From an uncultured Caldilineaceae bacterium (lineage in GTDB: Bacteria > Chloroflexota > Anaerolineae > Caldilineales > Caldilineaceae): a stretch of DNA of 39,391 bases. The notes under the pieces are model-generated. The model was not told the origin of the DNA. It saw only the letters and a list, made by a program, of their open reading frames with translations, and searched no databases. Positions 22,320-31,435 of this stretch are shown piece after piece. Numbering within the stretch: the first letter of the stretch is position 1; every line of letters starts with the position of its first letter. A program made the translations under genes and the position numbers. The DNA is taken from NCBI GenBank assembly GCA_964416395.1, contig CAYQEB010000025.1:8571-47961 (forward strand). Direction: 5' to 3'.

Positions 22320-23267
22320 TCAGTGATCGAAAGACGCCTTGCTCGAGCTTTGGGCTCGCTCCACGGCTTTGGGCAGCACTCGACGCAGGAGCACCCCGAT
22401 CATCTCGTGCCGGTACTCCTTGGTGGCCCGGTGCTTGCTGGTGCGCAGCCTGGCCTGGGCCCGGGCCGCCTGGATGGCTGTCTCCAGGGCCGCCTCATCG
22501 AAGCGAGGCGCAGCGGTGAGCGCCTGCTCTGCCTCCAGGGCCCGGAAGGGCACAGGGCCGGCCGGCCCGATGGCCAGGGTGACCTGGGCCAGCCTCTCCC
22601 TGTCGTCTGCCAGGCGCACCCGGGCCGCCACCCCCAGGATGGGCAGGGCCACGCCCTGGGGCCGCATGATGCGGTCGAAGGCGCTGCCTTCCCCGGGGCC
22701 GGTGGGGCGGAAGCGGAAAGCGCCCAGCATCTGGTTGGGCTGGAGGGTGTTGCGGCCCGGCCCGGCAAAGACGGAGAGGAGGGGCTGCCAGGCACAGTCC
22801 ACCTGACCATCCGCCCAGGTGCAGACCTGGACCTGGGCGTCCAGAGCCAGGAGGCCGATGGTGCCATCCGCGGCGGGGAGGGCGTGGGCCACGTTGCCGC
22901 CGATGGTGGCCACGTTGCGCACCTGAGGGCCGCCCACCACCCGGCAGCTCTCGGTCAAGCAGGTGGCCACTTCCTGGAGCAGGGGGTGCTGCTCGATCTG
23001 GTAGTGGGTGACGCTGGCGCCGATGACGATCCAATCCCCGTCCGGGCCGGACTCCTGGCGGATCCGGTTCAGCCCCTGGATGGCGGTCACGTCCACCAGG
23101 GCTTCCGGCGGCTCCTCCTGGCCGGACTCCAGGTCCAGGATCAGGTCCGTGCCCCCGGCGATGATCTTGGCCTGGCCGTTGTACCGACTCAGGAGGGCCA
23201 GGGCCTCTTCCACGGTCTTGGGCAGGTGATACTCTCTCCATCGTGTGGGTATGTGGGGTGTGCTCAT
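22320..23267 (-). CDS. FAD-binding (medium, CoxM/XdhB-like) subunit of the molybdoenzyme
   Basis: 315 aa from the ATG at 23265-23267. FAD_binding_5-type AKIIAGGTDLILDLE and RNVATIGGNVAHALPAADG, plus a CO_deh_flav_C-like C-terminus. Lies 39 nt upstream of the fused S-L gene. The track start at 23372 is a GTG giving an Arg/Pro-rich extension. Confidence 0.9.
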   Translation of the reverse strand: MSTPHIPTRWREYHLPKTVEEALALLSRYNGQAKIIAGGTDLILDLESGQEEPPEALVDVTAIQGLNRIRQESGPDGDWIVIGASVTHYQIEQHPLLQEVATCLTESCRVVGGPQVRNVATIGGNVAHALPAADGTIGLLALDAQVQVCTWADGQVDCAWQPLLSVFAGPGRNTLQPNQMLGAFRFRPTGPGEGSAFDRIMRPQGVALPILGVAARVRLADDRERLAQVTLAIGPAGPVPFRALEAEQALTAAPRFDEAALETAIQAARAQARLRTSKHRATKEYRHEMIGVLLRRVLPKAVERAQSSSKASFDH

Positions 23268-23526
23268 ACAGCCATGTCCTGTGGGTGCTGGCGTTCGGTG
23301 GATCCTGGCCGCGGAACGCGAAGGATGGGGCCATGGCGGTCTGCGACGGGATGCTCCGAACAAGGAAAACACGAGGCGACAGGACCGTGGCGCTTTTCAC
23401 CGGGTGAGGATACCCGGCGCCGTCTTCCGGGGCAACGAGTCGGGCATGGAGGGTGGGTCCAGGCCCGGATTCGCCGAGAAACAGATTGATTTGCCGGAGA
23501 CGACCGACGATCCGAAGGGTGGCCTC

Positions 23527-23555
23527 AGTATAGCAGAGCCAAAGGAAATTGTCCA
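23527..23555 (-). promoter_or_regulatory. Sigma-70-like promoter TGGACA-17-TATACT reading toward the molybdoenzyme operon
   Basis: The reverse complement of 23550-23555 is tggaca and of 23527-23532 is tatact, with a 17-nt spacer. Implies a leader of roughly 250 nt before the ATG at 23267. Confidence 0.45.
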
Positions 23556-23576
23556 CCGAGGTGGACGCCAAAATTT

Positions 23577-23605
23577 TTGAGAATGCTCGAGCTGAGGGCT
23601 ATAAT
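23577..23605 (+). promoter_or_regulatory. Sigma-70-like promoter TTGAGA-17-TATAAT for the glycosyltransferase operon
   Basis: ttgaga at 23577-23582, a 17-nt spacer, then tataat at 23600-23605, about 90 nt upstream of the ATG at 23697. Lies in a locally AT-richer patch. Confidence 0.55.
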
Positions 23606-23696
23606 GACTTGGTTTTTTCGGTGATCCACCCGCCTGGAAACGGGACGGACAGGGCGGTGGCGACGTGCGTTTTCCCTGGAGTGGACGAAGCGATCC

Positions 23697-24815
23697 ATGC
23701 GTGTGGCCCTGGTGAGCAAGGCAATGTTGGTGGGCGCGTACCAGCGCAAGGCGGAGGAGATCGCCCGGCTGGGGGTGGATCTGACCGTCTTCGTCCCGGC
23801 CAGCTGGCAGGATCGACGGGGACGACTGGCCGTGGAGCAGCGCCACACCCAGGGGTACCGGCTGCGGGTCCTGCCCATCCGCTGGGACAGCAGCTACCAC
23901 CTTCACCACTACCCCACCCTGGCCCAGGAGCTCCAGGCCCTGCAGCCGGACCTGCTCCACATGGACGAGGAGCCCTACAATTTGGCCACCTGGCAGGGGA
24001 TCCGGGCCGGAGAGAGGGTGGGCGCCGTGCCTATCTTCTTCACCTGGCAGAACCTGCATCGGCGTTACCCGCCCCCCTTTCGCTGGATGGAGCTGGCCAA
24101 CTACCGCCGTTGCCCCGCGGCCCTGGCCGGCAACCAGGAGGCGGCCCAGGTGCTGCGCCGCAAGGGCTATCGGGGCCAGGTGACGGTCATTCCCCAGTTC
24201 GGGGTGGATCCGCGCCTCTTTGCCCCGGCCCCGGCTGGTCCGCCCGCCCCTGGGCTTTTCCGCATCGGCTATGCCGGGGGGCTCGTCCGGGAAAAGGGGG
24301 TGGATCTGCTCCTGCGGGCCTGCGCCCGCCTGCCCCAGCCCTGGCAGCTGACCCTGGTGGGGAGCGGGCCGGAGGAGGCCCGGCTGACCCGGCTGACCCA
24401 GGAGCTGGGCATCCAGGATCGCGTGCACTTCCGGGGGCGACTGCCCAGCCACGCCATGCCCGACTTCTACCGCTCCCTGGACCTGCTGGTGCTGCCCAGC
24501 CGCACCCAGCGCAACTGGAAAGAGCAGTTCGGTCGGGTTCTGGTGGAGGCCATGGCCTGCGGCGTGCCTGTCCTGGGCAGCGACAGCGGGGAGATCCCCA
24601 ACGTCATCGGCCAGGGGGCCGAGGCGGGGGGGCTGCTCTTTCCGGAAGGGGACGTGGAGGCCCTGGTCGCGAGGCTCCGGGAGCTGGCCGGTGCGCCGGA
24701 GCGACGTCGACAGCTGGGGCAGGCCGGGCGGGCCCGGGTTCTGGCCCGTTTCACCATGGCCCGCATCGCCCAGGAGACGGTGGCCGTCTACCGGCGGCTG
24801 ACCTGTGCAGGATGA
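23697..24815 (+). CDS. Glycosyltransferase, GT4 family
   Basis: 372-aa ORF. MRVALVSKAMLVG N-terminus. C-terminal GT4 block WKEQFGRVLVEAMACGVPVLGSDSGEIP. Confidence 0.88.
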   Translation: MRVALVSKAMLVGAYQRKAEEIARLGVDLTVFVPASWQDRRGRLAVEQRHTQGYRLRVLPIRWDSSYHLHHYPTLAQELQALQPDLLHMDEEPYNLATWQGIRAGERVGAVPIFFTWQNLHRRYPPPFRWMELANYRRCPAALAGNQEAAQVLRRKGYRGQVTVIPQFGVDPRLFAPAPAGPPAPGLFRIGYAGGLVREKGVDLLLRACARLPQPWQLTLVGSGPEEARLTRLTQELGIQDRVHFRGRLPSHAMPDFYRSLDLLVLPSRTQRNWKEQFGRVLVEAMACGVPVLGSDSGEIPNVIGQGAEAGGLLFPEGDVEALVARLRELAGAPERRRQLGQAGRARVLARFTMARIAQETVAVYRRLTCAG

Positions 24816-24856
24816 GTGAAGACGGTGTGGAGACCGTGTGAAGACGGTGTGGAGAC
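24816..24856 (+). repeat. Perfect 19-bp direct repeat (GTGAAGACGGTGTGGAGAC) x2 separated by 3 bp
   Basis: Copies at 24816-24834 and 24838-24856. The first begins immediately after the TGA stop of the first GT4 gene, and the second ends 30 nt before the next ATG. Confidence 0.9.
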
Positions 24857-24886
24857 AGATGGCCCGACCGTCGCGAGGATGGCGCC

Positions 24887-26080
24887 ATGGCCCAGATTGT
24901 CAACCAAACCCCAGTCCAGGAGCAGACCCAGGGCGTCCTGCAGGTGGCTGTGGACGCCCTGCTGCTGAGCACCTCGGAGAGCTACCGGGGAGCCGGGGTG
25001 AGCAACTACAGCCAGAACCTGCTCCGGGCCCTGGGGCGGCTGGGCCGGGAAGAGCCCTCGTCGGCCCGGGTGGCGGCTTTCGTGGCCGATCCGGCCTTCC
25101 AGGCCCCGGGGGTGGCGCTGGAGCGGGTGAATCGACTGGCCCAGCATCCGGCCGGGCGCATCCTGTGGGAGCAGGGGATCCTGCCCAGACGCCTGGCCCG
25201 GCTGGGCGTGGACGTGGTCCATGGTTTGGTCAACGTGCTGCCCCTGGCCGCCCGGATCCCTGGGGTGGTCACGGTCCACGACCTGAGCTTCCTGCGCATG
25301 CCGGAGAAGTTCCCCCTGGCCAGGCGGCTCTACCTTTCCCGCATGTGCCCGGCCAGCGTGGCCAAGGCCCGGCGGGTCATCGCAGTGAGCACCCAGACCG
25401 CGGACGACCTGATGCACTTCTTCGCCACAGAAGCGGAGAAAATCGAAATCGTGTATAATGGGGTGGAACCCCGTTTCCGTCCAACCCAGTCCGCTCGGGT
25501 GGAGGAATTCCGGCGGGCCAAGGGTCTGCCGGAGCGCTTTTTCTTCTACTTGGGCACCTTGGAGCCGCGCAAGAACCTGGTGCGGTTGGTGGACGCCTAC
25601 GCAGCCTGGCGACAGCAGACCCAGCCCAGCGACCTGGACGTGCCACTGGTCATCGCTGGGGGGAAGGGCTGGTTCTACCAGGCCATCTTCCGGCGGGTCC
25701 AGGAGCTGGGGCTGGAGCGGTGGGTGCACTTTCCCGGCTTCCTGCCTCGGGCGGAGCTGCCGGACTGGTATCGGGCGGCGACGGTGTTCGTCTACCCCAG
25801 CCTGTTCGAGGGCTTCGGCCTGCCGGTGTTGGAGGCCATGGCCTGTGGCACGCCGGTGATCTGCAGCCGCACGCCTTGCCTGCTGGAGGTGGTGGGGGAC
25901 GCGGCCTTCACCTTCCCTGCGGAGAGCACCCAGGAGCTGACCCGGGCCCTGGAGCAGGTCATCCGTCAACCGGCCCTGCAGGCGGATCTGCGGCGTCGGG
26001 GGCTGGCCCAGGCCCAGCGGTTCTCCTGGGAGCGCACCGCCCAGGAGACCCTGGCGGTCTACCGCATGGCGGCTGGGTGA
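24887..26080 (+). CDS. Glycosyltransferase, GT4 family
   Basis: 397-aa ORF with GAGGA SD upstream. GT4 block YPSLFEGFGLPVLEAMACGTPVICS. Confidence 0.9.
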   Translation: MAQIVNQTPVQEQTQGVLQVAVDALLLSTSESYRGAGVSNYSQNLLRALGRLGREEPSSARVAAFVADPAFQAPGVALERVNRLAQHPAGRILWEQGILPRRLARLGVDVVHGLVNVLPLAARIPGVVTVHDLSFLRMPEKFPLARRLYLSRMCPASVAKARRVIAVSTQTADDLMHFFATEAEKIEIVYNGVEPRFRPTQSARVEEFRRAKGLPERFFFYLGTLEPRKNLVRLVDAYAAWRQQTQPSDLDVPLVIAGGKGWFYQAIFRRVQELGLERWVHFPGFLPRAELPDWYRAATVFVYPSLFEGFGLPVLEAMACGTPVICSRTPCLLEVVGDAAFTFPAESTQELTRALEQVIRQPALQADLRRRGLAQAQRFSWERTAQETLAVYRMAAG

Positions 26081-26094
26081 GCCGATGGCCTGGG

Positions 26095-27621
26095 ATGGCG
26101 GATAGAGACATGAGTGGAAAGACCATGGCGACAGCCAACCCGCTTGAGAGCAAAGTGGCCCGGGGGGAACGGCGCAACTGGTTCGTGGAACTGGTGCTGC
26201 GGGTTCCGTCCACCTGGTGGCGCCATCTGCTCATGGCCAGCGACGCCCTCCTGATCCTGGTGGCCTTCGCCCTGGCCTACTGGATCCGCTACCGGCTGCA
26301 GTGGTTCCGGGCCGTGGATCCCGTCTACCAGACGGATTTCCGCACCTACCTTCCCTTCGCGGTGGCCCTGGTCCTGGTCCTCTTCGTCTCCTTCCATTTC
26401 TCCGGCGTCTACCGTCACCGCAACGGCCGGGCCTGGCTGGAGGAGCTCTACGCCATTGCCAGCGCCACCACCATCGGCATCGTGGCCCTGATCCTCCTCA
26501 GCCTGATCTTTCGTCCCCTCCTCTACAGCCGCCTGATCTTCCTCTACACCGCCATCCTCATCACCATGCTCCTGGGGCTGAGCCGCCTGCTCATCCACCT
26601 GGCCCGGGGCTATCTCCAGCATTTCGGCATCGGGGTGGAGCGGATCATCCTGGTGGGCGCGGGGGACGTGGGGCGGATGGTCATGCGCAACATCGTGGCC
26701 CAGCCCCGGCTGGGCTATCGGCTCATCGGCTTCCTGGACGACAACCCGGTCAAGGGCTCCACGGACATCGGCCGCTTCAAGGCCCTGGGGCCGGTGGACA
26801 ACTTCCCTCATGTCCTGCGCAGCCAGGCGGTGGACCGGGTGATCATCTGCCTGCCCTGGCAGAGTCACCGCACCGTGGCCCGGCTGATCAACGAGTGCCA
26901 ACAGGCCAACGTCAAGGCCCAGGTGGTGCCGGACCTCTTCCAGCTCACCAAGAACCAGATGGAGGTGGAGGAGCTGAACGGCATCCCTCTGATCAGCACC
27001 CGGGAGATCTCCATCGCTGGCTGGAACCTCTTCCTGAAACGGTTCTTCGACGTGGTGGTGGCCGGCCTCCTCTCTTTGATCGCCCTGCCCGTAGGCGGGC
27101 TCATCGCCCTGGCCATCCGCCTGGACTCCCCTGGCCCGGTCATCTACGCCCAGACCCGGATCGGGCGCAACGGCAAGCCCTTCACCGTCTACAAGTTCCG
27201 CTCCATGGTCATGGACGCGGAGGAGCGGCGTCAGGAACTGGTCCCCTTGAACGAATCCACCGGCCCCCTCTTCAAGATGCGGGAGGATCCCCGGCGCACC
27301 CGGGTGGGGCGCTTCCTGCGCCGTTTCAGCCTGGACGAGCTGCCCCAGCTCTACAACGTGCTGCGAGGGGACATGAGCATGGTGGGGCCTCGGCCCAATC
27401 TGCCGGAAGAGGTGGCCCAGTACGAGGAGTGGCACCGCAAGCGCCTCTCGGTGAGCCCCGGCTTGACCGGTCTCTGGCAGGTGAGCGGCCGCAGCGACCT
27501 CACCTTCGACGAGATGGTCCTACTGGACATCTACTACGCGGAGAACTGGTCCTTTTCCATGGACCTGAGCATCCTTTTGCGCACGGTGCCCAAGGTGCTG
27601 ATGGGCAACGGCGCCTATTGA
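26095..27621 (+). CDS. Polyprenyl-phosphate glycosyl-1-phosphate transferase (large WbaP/EpsB-type 'bacterial sugar transferase')
   Basis: N-terminal TM helices, a central Rossmann-like ERIILVGAGDVGRMV, and a C-terminal Bac_transf domain (PVIYAQTRIGRNGKPFTVYKFRSM, DELPQLYNVLRGDMSMVGPRP, GLTGLWQVSGRSDL). The start is ambiguous among in-frame ATGs at 26095, 26110 and 26125. The track ORF from 25720 overlaps the previous gene. Confidence 0.9.
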   Translation: MADRDMSGKTMATANPLESKVARGERRNWFVELVLRVPSTWWRHLLMASDALLILVAFALAYWIRYRLQWFRAVDPVYQTDFRTYLPFAVALVLVLFVSFHFSGVYRHRNGRAWLEELYAIASATTIGIVALILLSLIFRPLLYSRLIFLYTAILITMLLGLSRLLIHLARGYLQHFGIGVERIILVGAGDVGRMVMRNIVAQPRLGYRLIGFLDDNPVKGSTDIGRFKALGPVDNFPHVLRSQAVDRVIICLPWQSHRTVARLINECQQANVKAQVVPDLFQLTKNQMEVEELNGIPLISTREISIAGWNLFLKRFFDVVVAGLLSLIALPVGGLIALAIRLDSPGPVIYAQTRIGRNGKPFTVYKFRSMVMDAEERRQELVPLNESTGPLFKMREDPRRTRVGRFLRRFSLDELPQLYNVLRGDMSMVGPRPNLPEEVAQYEEWHRKRLSVSPGLTGLWQVSGRSDLTFDEMVLLDIYYAENWSFSMDLSILLRTVPKVLMGNGAY

Positions 27622-27631
27622 GGGGCCTAGC

Positions 27632-28846
27632 GTGAAACGCAGAACCCGATCCCCGCACCCCCGAAACCGGGCGTCCTCCGGGCCGAAGCGCATCCTGATC
27701 CTGATGAGCGACACCGGCGGCGGCCACCGGGCCAGCGCCCAGGCGCTCCAGGCGGTCTTCCAGGAGCGCTACCCAGGCCGGATCCAGGTGGACATCATCG
27801 ACCTCTGGATGCACTACACCCCCTGGCCCCTGAACCAGCTCCCCAAGAGCTACCGCTTCGTGACGGACCACACCCCTCGGCTCTGGAAGTGGGCCTGGCG
27901 CATGAGCGAGAAGGAGACCGCCTCGGACCTGCTCTTCAGCACCGTCACCCGTTGGGCGGAGCGCACCATCCGGCAGGCCTTCCTCCACTACACCCCGGAC
28001 CTGGTCGTCTCGGTGCACCCGGTGATGCAGCATGTGCCCCTGACGGTGCTGGAGCACATGGGCTGGTCCCTCCCCTTCGTCACCGTGGTCACGGACCTGA
28101 CCACGGCCAACCTGAACTGGTTCCATCCCGGCGTGGACCGCTGCTTCGTGGCCAGCCAGGAGGCGTGGGATCGGGCCCGGCGGGCCGGCCTGGAGCCGTC
28201 CCAGCTGCGGCTGACGGGCCTGCCGGTGCGCCCGGCCTTTGCCCGGCAGCGGCGACCCAAGGCCGAGCTGCGCCGGGAGCTGGGCCTGGACCCTGGGCGG
28301 CGGGTGGTGTTGCTCATGAGCGGCGGGGAGGGCATGGGGCCGGTGGAGGCCATTGCCCGGCGGGTGGCCCGGGAACTGGCCCGCCAGGCGATCCCTGGGG
28401 AGCTGGTGGTCATCTGCGGCCGGAACCAGCGGCTGCAGGAGCGCCTATCCCGGCGTTCCTGGCCCGTTCCCGTGCGGGTGCTGGGCTTCGTCACAGACAT
28501 GCCGGACTGGATGGGGGCCAGCGACTGCATCATCACCAAAGCCGGGCCGGGCACCATCGCGGAGGCGCTGATCTGCGGCCTGCCCATCCTGCTCAGCGGC
28601 TACATCCCCGGCCAGGAGGAGGGGAACGTGCCCTTCGTGGTGGAGCATGGCGTGGGGGACTACAGCGAAGATCCGGGGGAGATCGCCCGGATCGTGGCCC
28701 GCTGGCTGGGGCCTGACCAGGGACGTCTGACGGCCATGTCGCGCCGGGCCCGGGCCCTGGGCCATCCCCAGGCCACCTACCAGATCGTGGACGAGATCGC
28801 AGCTATGGTGGGGGTGGCTCCGGAAGACGGGCACCCTGGTGCGTGA
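27632..28846 (+). CDS. Plant-type monogalactosyldiacylglycerol (MGDG) synthase homologue, GT28
   Basis: 404 aa from the GTG at 27632. ILILMSDTGGGHRASAQAL, TPWPLNQLPKSYRF, SVHPVMQHVPL, CIITKAGPGTIAEAL and GQEEGNVPFVVE closely track my recollection of plant MGD1. Confidence 0.88.
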   Translation: MKRRTRSPHPRNRASSGPKRILILMSDTGGGHRASAQALQAVFQERYPGRIQVDIIDLWMHYTPWPLNQLPKSYRFVTDHTPRLWKWAWRMSEKETASDLLFSTVTRWAERTIRQAFLHYTPDLVVSVHPVMQHVPLTVLEHMGWSLPFVTVVTDLTTANLNWFHPGVDRCFVASQEAWDRARRAGLEPSQLRLTGLPVRPAFARQRRPKAELRRELGLDPGRRVVLLMSGGEGMGPVEAIARRVARELARQAIPGELVVICGRNQRLQERLSRRSWPVPVRVLGFVTDMPDWMGASDCIITKAGPGTIAEALICGLPILLSGYIPGQEEGNVPFVVEHGVGDYSEDPGEIARIVARWLGPDQGRLTAMSRRARALGHPQATYQIVDEIAAMVGVAPEDGHPGA

Positions 28847-28915
28847 GCAGCCCCAACCCCAACCCACCCCTCCCGACTTCCGACTTCCAACTTCCAACTT
28901 CCAACTCCCTACTCC
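28847..28915 (-). repeat. C-rich/G-rich tract: (CCCCAA)2-containing G4-type motif followed by six tandem heptamers (minus strand GGAGTAG GGAGTTG GAAGTTG GAAGTTG GAAGTCG GAAGTCG)
   Basis: Heptamer units occupy 28874-28915, and the last unit contains the TAG stop of the minus-strand hydrolase gene. On the minus strand 28847-28873 reads GGGAGGGGTGGGTTGGGGTTGGGG. Confidence 0.9.
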
Positions 28916-30108
28916 CCATAATACCCCAAATAGCCGCTCAGGGAGCGCATGATGGGCGTGGGCTCCCCCTTCTCGTCGAAGAGATCCCCCGCGGGGTAGA
29001 GATCGTAGCGACTGCTGAACCAGACCCAGCGCTGGACCAGCCGGTTGTCGTCTGGCGGATAGCCCCGCTCCGGGTCCTGGAGCTGGCGGAAGAGATCGAA
29101 GGAGCCCACCAGAAAGCGGATCACCCGGCCAGGGGGGAAGCCGTACTCCGGCGGCATGAGGATGCCATACTCGCTGATCACCAGGGGCTTCTCCCGCTGG
29201 CCGTGACGGGCCATCCACGTCCGCATGAGCCGCACCTGGTTCTCCACCAGGGCCAGGCTGTCGTGCTCCTGGACCCCCCAGCCCACCCCTTCCGACACCT
29301 CGGGGAAGCCGGGGGGAATCCCCACCCCCCAGTCGTCCCTCCGCTCCTGCAGGACGAAGGCGTGCATGTTCCAGACGTCCACCGGCATCTCCTCCCCGAA
29401 CTGCTCCCGATAGCTCTCCCAGATTCGCTCCAGGTAGGCCAGGCGCAGAGGCGTCACCTGGCTGATGCCGCCGATGGCCACCTGGGCCGTGGGGTCTCCG
29501 GCCTTGATGGCCCTGTACGCCTGGCGATAGAGGCGAGCGTAGACCTGGGGGAGGACGTTGTCCTGCCAGACCACGTCCGGCTCGTTGCCGATGAACCAGA
29601 GGCGCCCTGGGTTGCGCCGGGCCAGCACCTTCAGGGAAGGGGCGTCGGGCACCAGCCGGCCGTCCTGGATGCGCACCATGGGCGCGAAGACCATGCCCAG
29701 CTCCTGGCTGCCGGGGGGATCCATGCGGAAATAGGGCCGTCCGCTCTCGTCCAGCAGACGCAGGCCCACCCGCCAGTTCAGGCGCCAGCCCGGACGCGGG
29801 AGGGGCCAGCGGAAGTAGAGGGGATTGCCCTGGGGGATGCCCACCCCCACCCGCCAGGTCAGGCTGTAGGGGGGCGGCGTCTCCTGGGGTTGGTCCGGCG
29901 GCTGGGGGATGCGCTGGAGAGGCCGGCGCGGGCCCTGGGCTGCGTCCGGGAGCAGGGTCTCCGCGGGGCGGTGGAAGCGGCGTCGGTAGAAGGTGTCGGG
30001 CTGGGTGCGGGCGGTGGCGAGGATCAGGGCCAGGAAGCCCAGGAGGAGGGCCAGGACGGTCAGGGCGTTGCGCTGGGCCGGGGATGGGCGGCGAGATGGG
30101 GCGGGCAT
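28909..30108 (-). CDS. Membrane-anchored clan GH-A (TIM-barrel) glycoside hydrolase, 'glycosyl hydrolase catalytic core'-like
   Basis: 399-aa ORF. N-terminal TM ([16 protein letters not shown]) and a Pro-rich linker. WFIGNEPD (acid/base NEP) and LVISEYG (nucleophile) motifs in the expected order. Confidence 0.72.
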   Translation of the reverse strand: MPAPSRRPSPAQRNALTVLALLLGFLALILATARTQPDTFYRRRFHRPAETLLPDAAQGPRRPLQRIPQPPDQPQETPPPYSLTWRVGVGIPQGNPLYFRWPLPRPGWRLNWRVGLRLLDESGRPYFRMDPPGSQELGMVFAPMVRIQDGRLVPDAPSLKVLARRNPGRLWFIGNEPDVVWQDNVLPQVYARLYRQAYRAIKAGDPTAQVAIGGISQVTPLRLAYLERIWESYREQFGEEMPVDVWNMHAFVLQERRDDWGVGIPPGFPEVSEGVGWGVQEHDSLALVENQVRLMRTWMARHGQREKPLVISEYGILMPPEYGFPPGRVIRFLVGSFDLFRQLQDPERGYPPDDNRLVQRWVWFSSRYDLYPAGDLFDEKGEPTPIMRSLSGYLGYYGE

Positions 30109-30133
30109 GGAGCAGAAGGGGGGCGGAGGGCCT

Positions 30134-31435
30134 CTAGATCCTGGGCGCCGGGGTGCTGTTGGAGCTGTTGATCGCCTGTTCCAGCCGGGCCAGGCTCTCT
30201 TCCAGCCGAGTCAACAGGCTGTCCAGGCCGTTGCGGCGGGCCTGGGAGCGGGCGGAGGCGCCCCGTTCCAGGATGGTCCGCAACACCGCCGGGTCGTAGC
30301 TCTGGCGGCGGATCTCCTCCAGCTCTTCCCGGACCAGGCGCTGGGTGAGCCGGATGCCGTGCCGGGCCAGGACCGTCTGGAAGTAGTCGAAGTTCTCCGA
30401 GACGCCCATGGTCACCGACTCGAATCCGTGGTTGGCCACCAGGAGCCGGTTGCGGTAGTGCATCAGGTTGTAGTAGAACATTCTCTCGTCGTCGGCGCGG
30501 GGTTCGATGAGGATGATGTCCACGTCCGGGTACTTGGCCCGCAGGTTCTTGATGTGGTAGCGGAGCGCGCCGTGGAGGAGGATGCGCACCACCTGGTTGA
30601 GGATGGCCTGGACCCCCTCGTCGCTGATGTGCCGCTCCCCCGCGTTCAGCTCCCGGACGTTCAGGGGGGTGAGGGGGTTGATGCAGAGGACCAGATTGGC
30701 CCCGGCCTCGATGGCCAGGTCCAGGCTGGCGTGGCCCCGGATGCCGCCGTCGATGTAGTGGCGGCCGAAGATCTCCACCGGCTTGTAGAGGAGGGGCACC
30801 GCGCTGCTGGCCGCCACCGCCTTGCTGATGGGCACGATGCCCTTGCCCCCCTTGCCGAAGACGGCCCGCTCGCCGCTGTCCAGATCCGTGGCCACCACGT
30901 AGAGGGTCTTCTCCAGGTGGTCGAAGCGGTTGACGCAGCCGGGCAGGGAGAGCACCTCCCGGACGTACTGCTCCAGGGCGTTGCCGCTGAAGATCCCCGT
31001 GGGCAGGGCGTCGGCCAGCTCCCAGAGGATGTCCGTCAGGGTCATGTCCTGGAAGTCCTGGAGCACCCGTTGGCCCATGCGCCAGAGGGCCACGGGCAGG
31101 CGGGTCAGGCGGCGGCTCATCTCCCGAATGTTGCTCTGGAAGATGTCCCCGGCCTCGATGGCCCGGATCTCCGGGTGGGTGTCGTCGATGGTCTGCATCA
31201 TCTCTCGGGGGGAGAGGCCGTTGGCCAGCATGGCGGCCACCATGGCCCCGGCGCTGGTCCCCACGTAGATGTCGAAGTCGTTGACCGTGCGGTCGGGCAG
31301 CATGTCGTCGATGGCCCGCAGGGCGCCCACTTCGTAGACCGCGCCGGTGATGCCCCCGCCCGCCAGGACCAGGGCGGTCTTGCTGCGGCGAGGGGTTCCG
31401 TTCTGCGAGAGGCGATGGATGCGACTGTGGACCAT
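30134..31435 (-). CDS. Patatin-like phospholipase/lipase family protein
   Basis: 433-aa ORF. Oxyanion loop [14 protein letters not shown], nucleophile elbow GTSAGA (GxSxG), catalytic Asp in YIDGGIRG. Roughly 200-aa helical C-terminal extension. Confidence 0.9.
   Translation of the reverse strand: MVHSRIHRLSQNGTPRRSKTALVLAGGGITGAVYEVGALRAIDDMLPDRTVNDFDIYVGTSAGAMVAAMLANGLSPREMMQTIDDTHPEIRAIEAGDIFQSNIREMSRRLTRLPVALWRMGQRVLQDFQDMTLTDILWELADALPTGIFSGNALEQYVREVLSLPGCVNRFDHLEKTLYVVATDLDSGERAVFGKGGKGIVPISKAVAASSAVPLLYKPVEIFGRHYIDGGIRGHASLDLAIEAGANLVLCINPLTPLNVRELNAGERHISDEGVQAILNQVVRILLHGALRYHIKNLRAKYPDVDIILIEPRADDERMFYYNLMHYRNRLLVANHGFESVTMGVSENFDYFQTVLARHGIRLTQRLVREELEEIRRQSYDPAVLRTILERGASARSQARRNGLDSLLTRLEESLARLEQAINSSNSTPAPRI

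Noticed and set aside
23268-23526. Possible Moco riboswitch in the long leader of the molybdoenzyme operon
   Set aside because: I could not find the conserved Moco-motif features I remember, or a convincing multi-stem architecture by eye. An Rfam covariance-model scan is required before any claim. It is kept only as a leader-length observation.
28847-28915. Tandem repeats at 28874-28915, 34770-34797 and 36843-36898 considered as CRISPR or minisatellite-encoded peptide
   Set aside because: The units are 7-14 nt with no unique spacers, far too short for CRISPR. No cas genes are present. The arrays lie outside ORFs except for the final stop-codon overlap.
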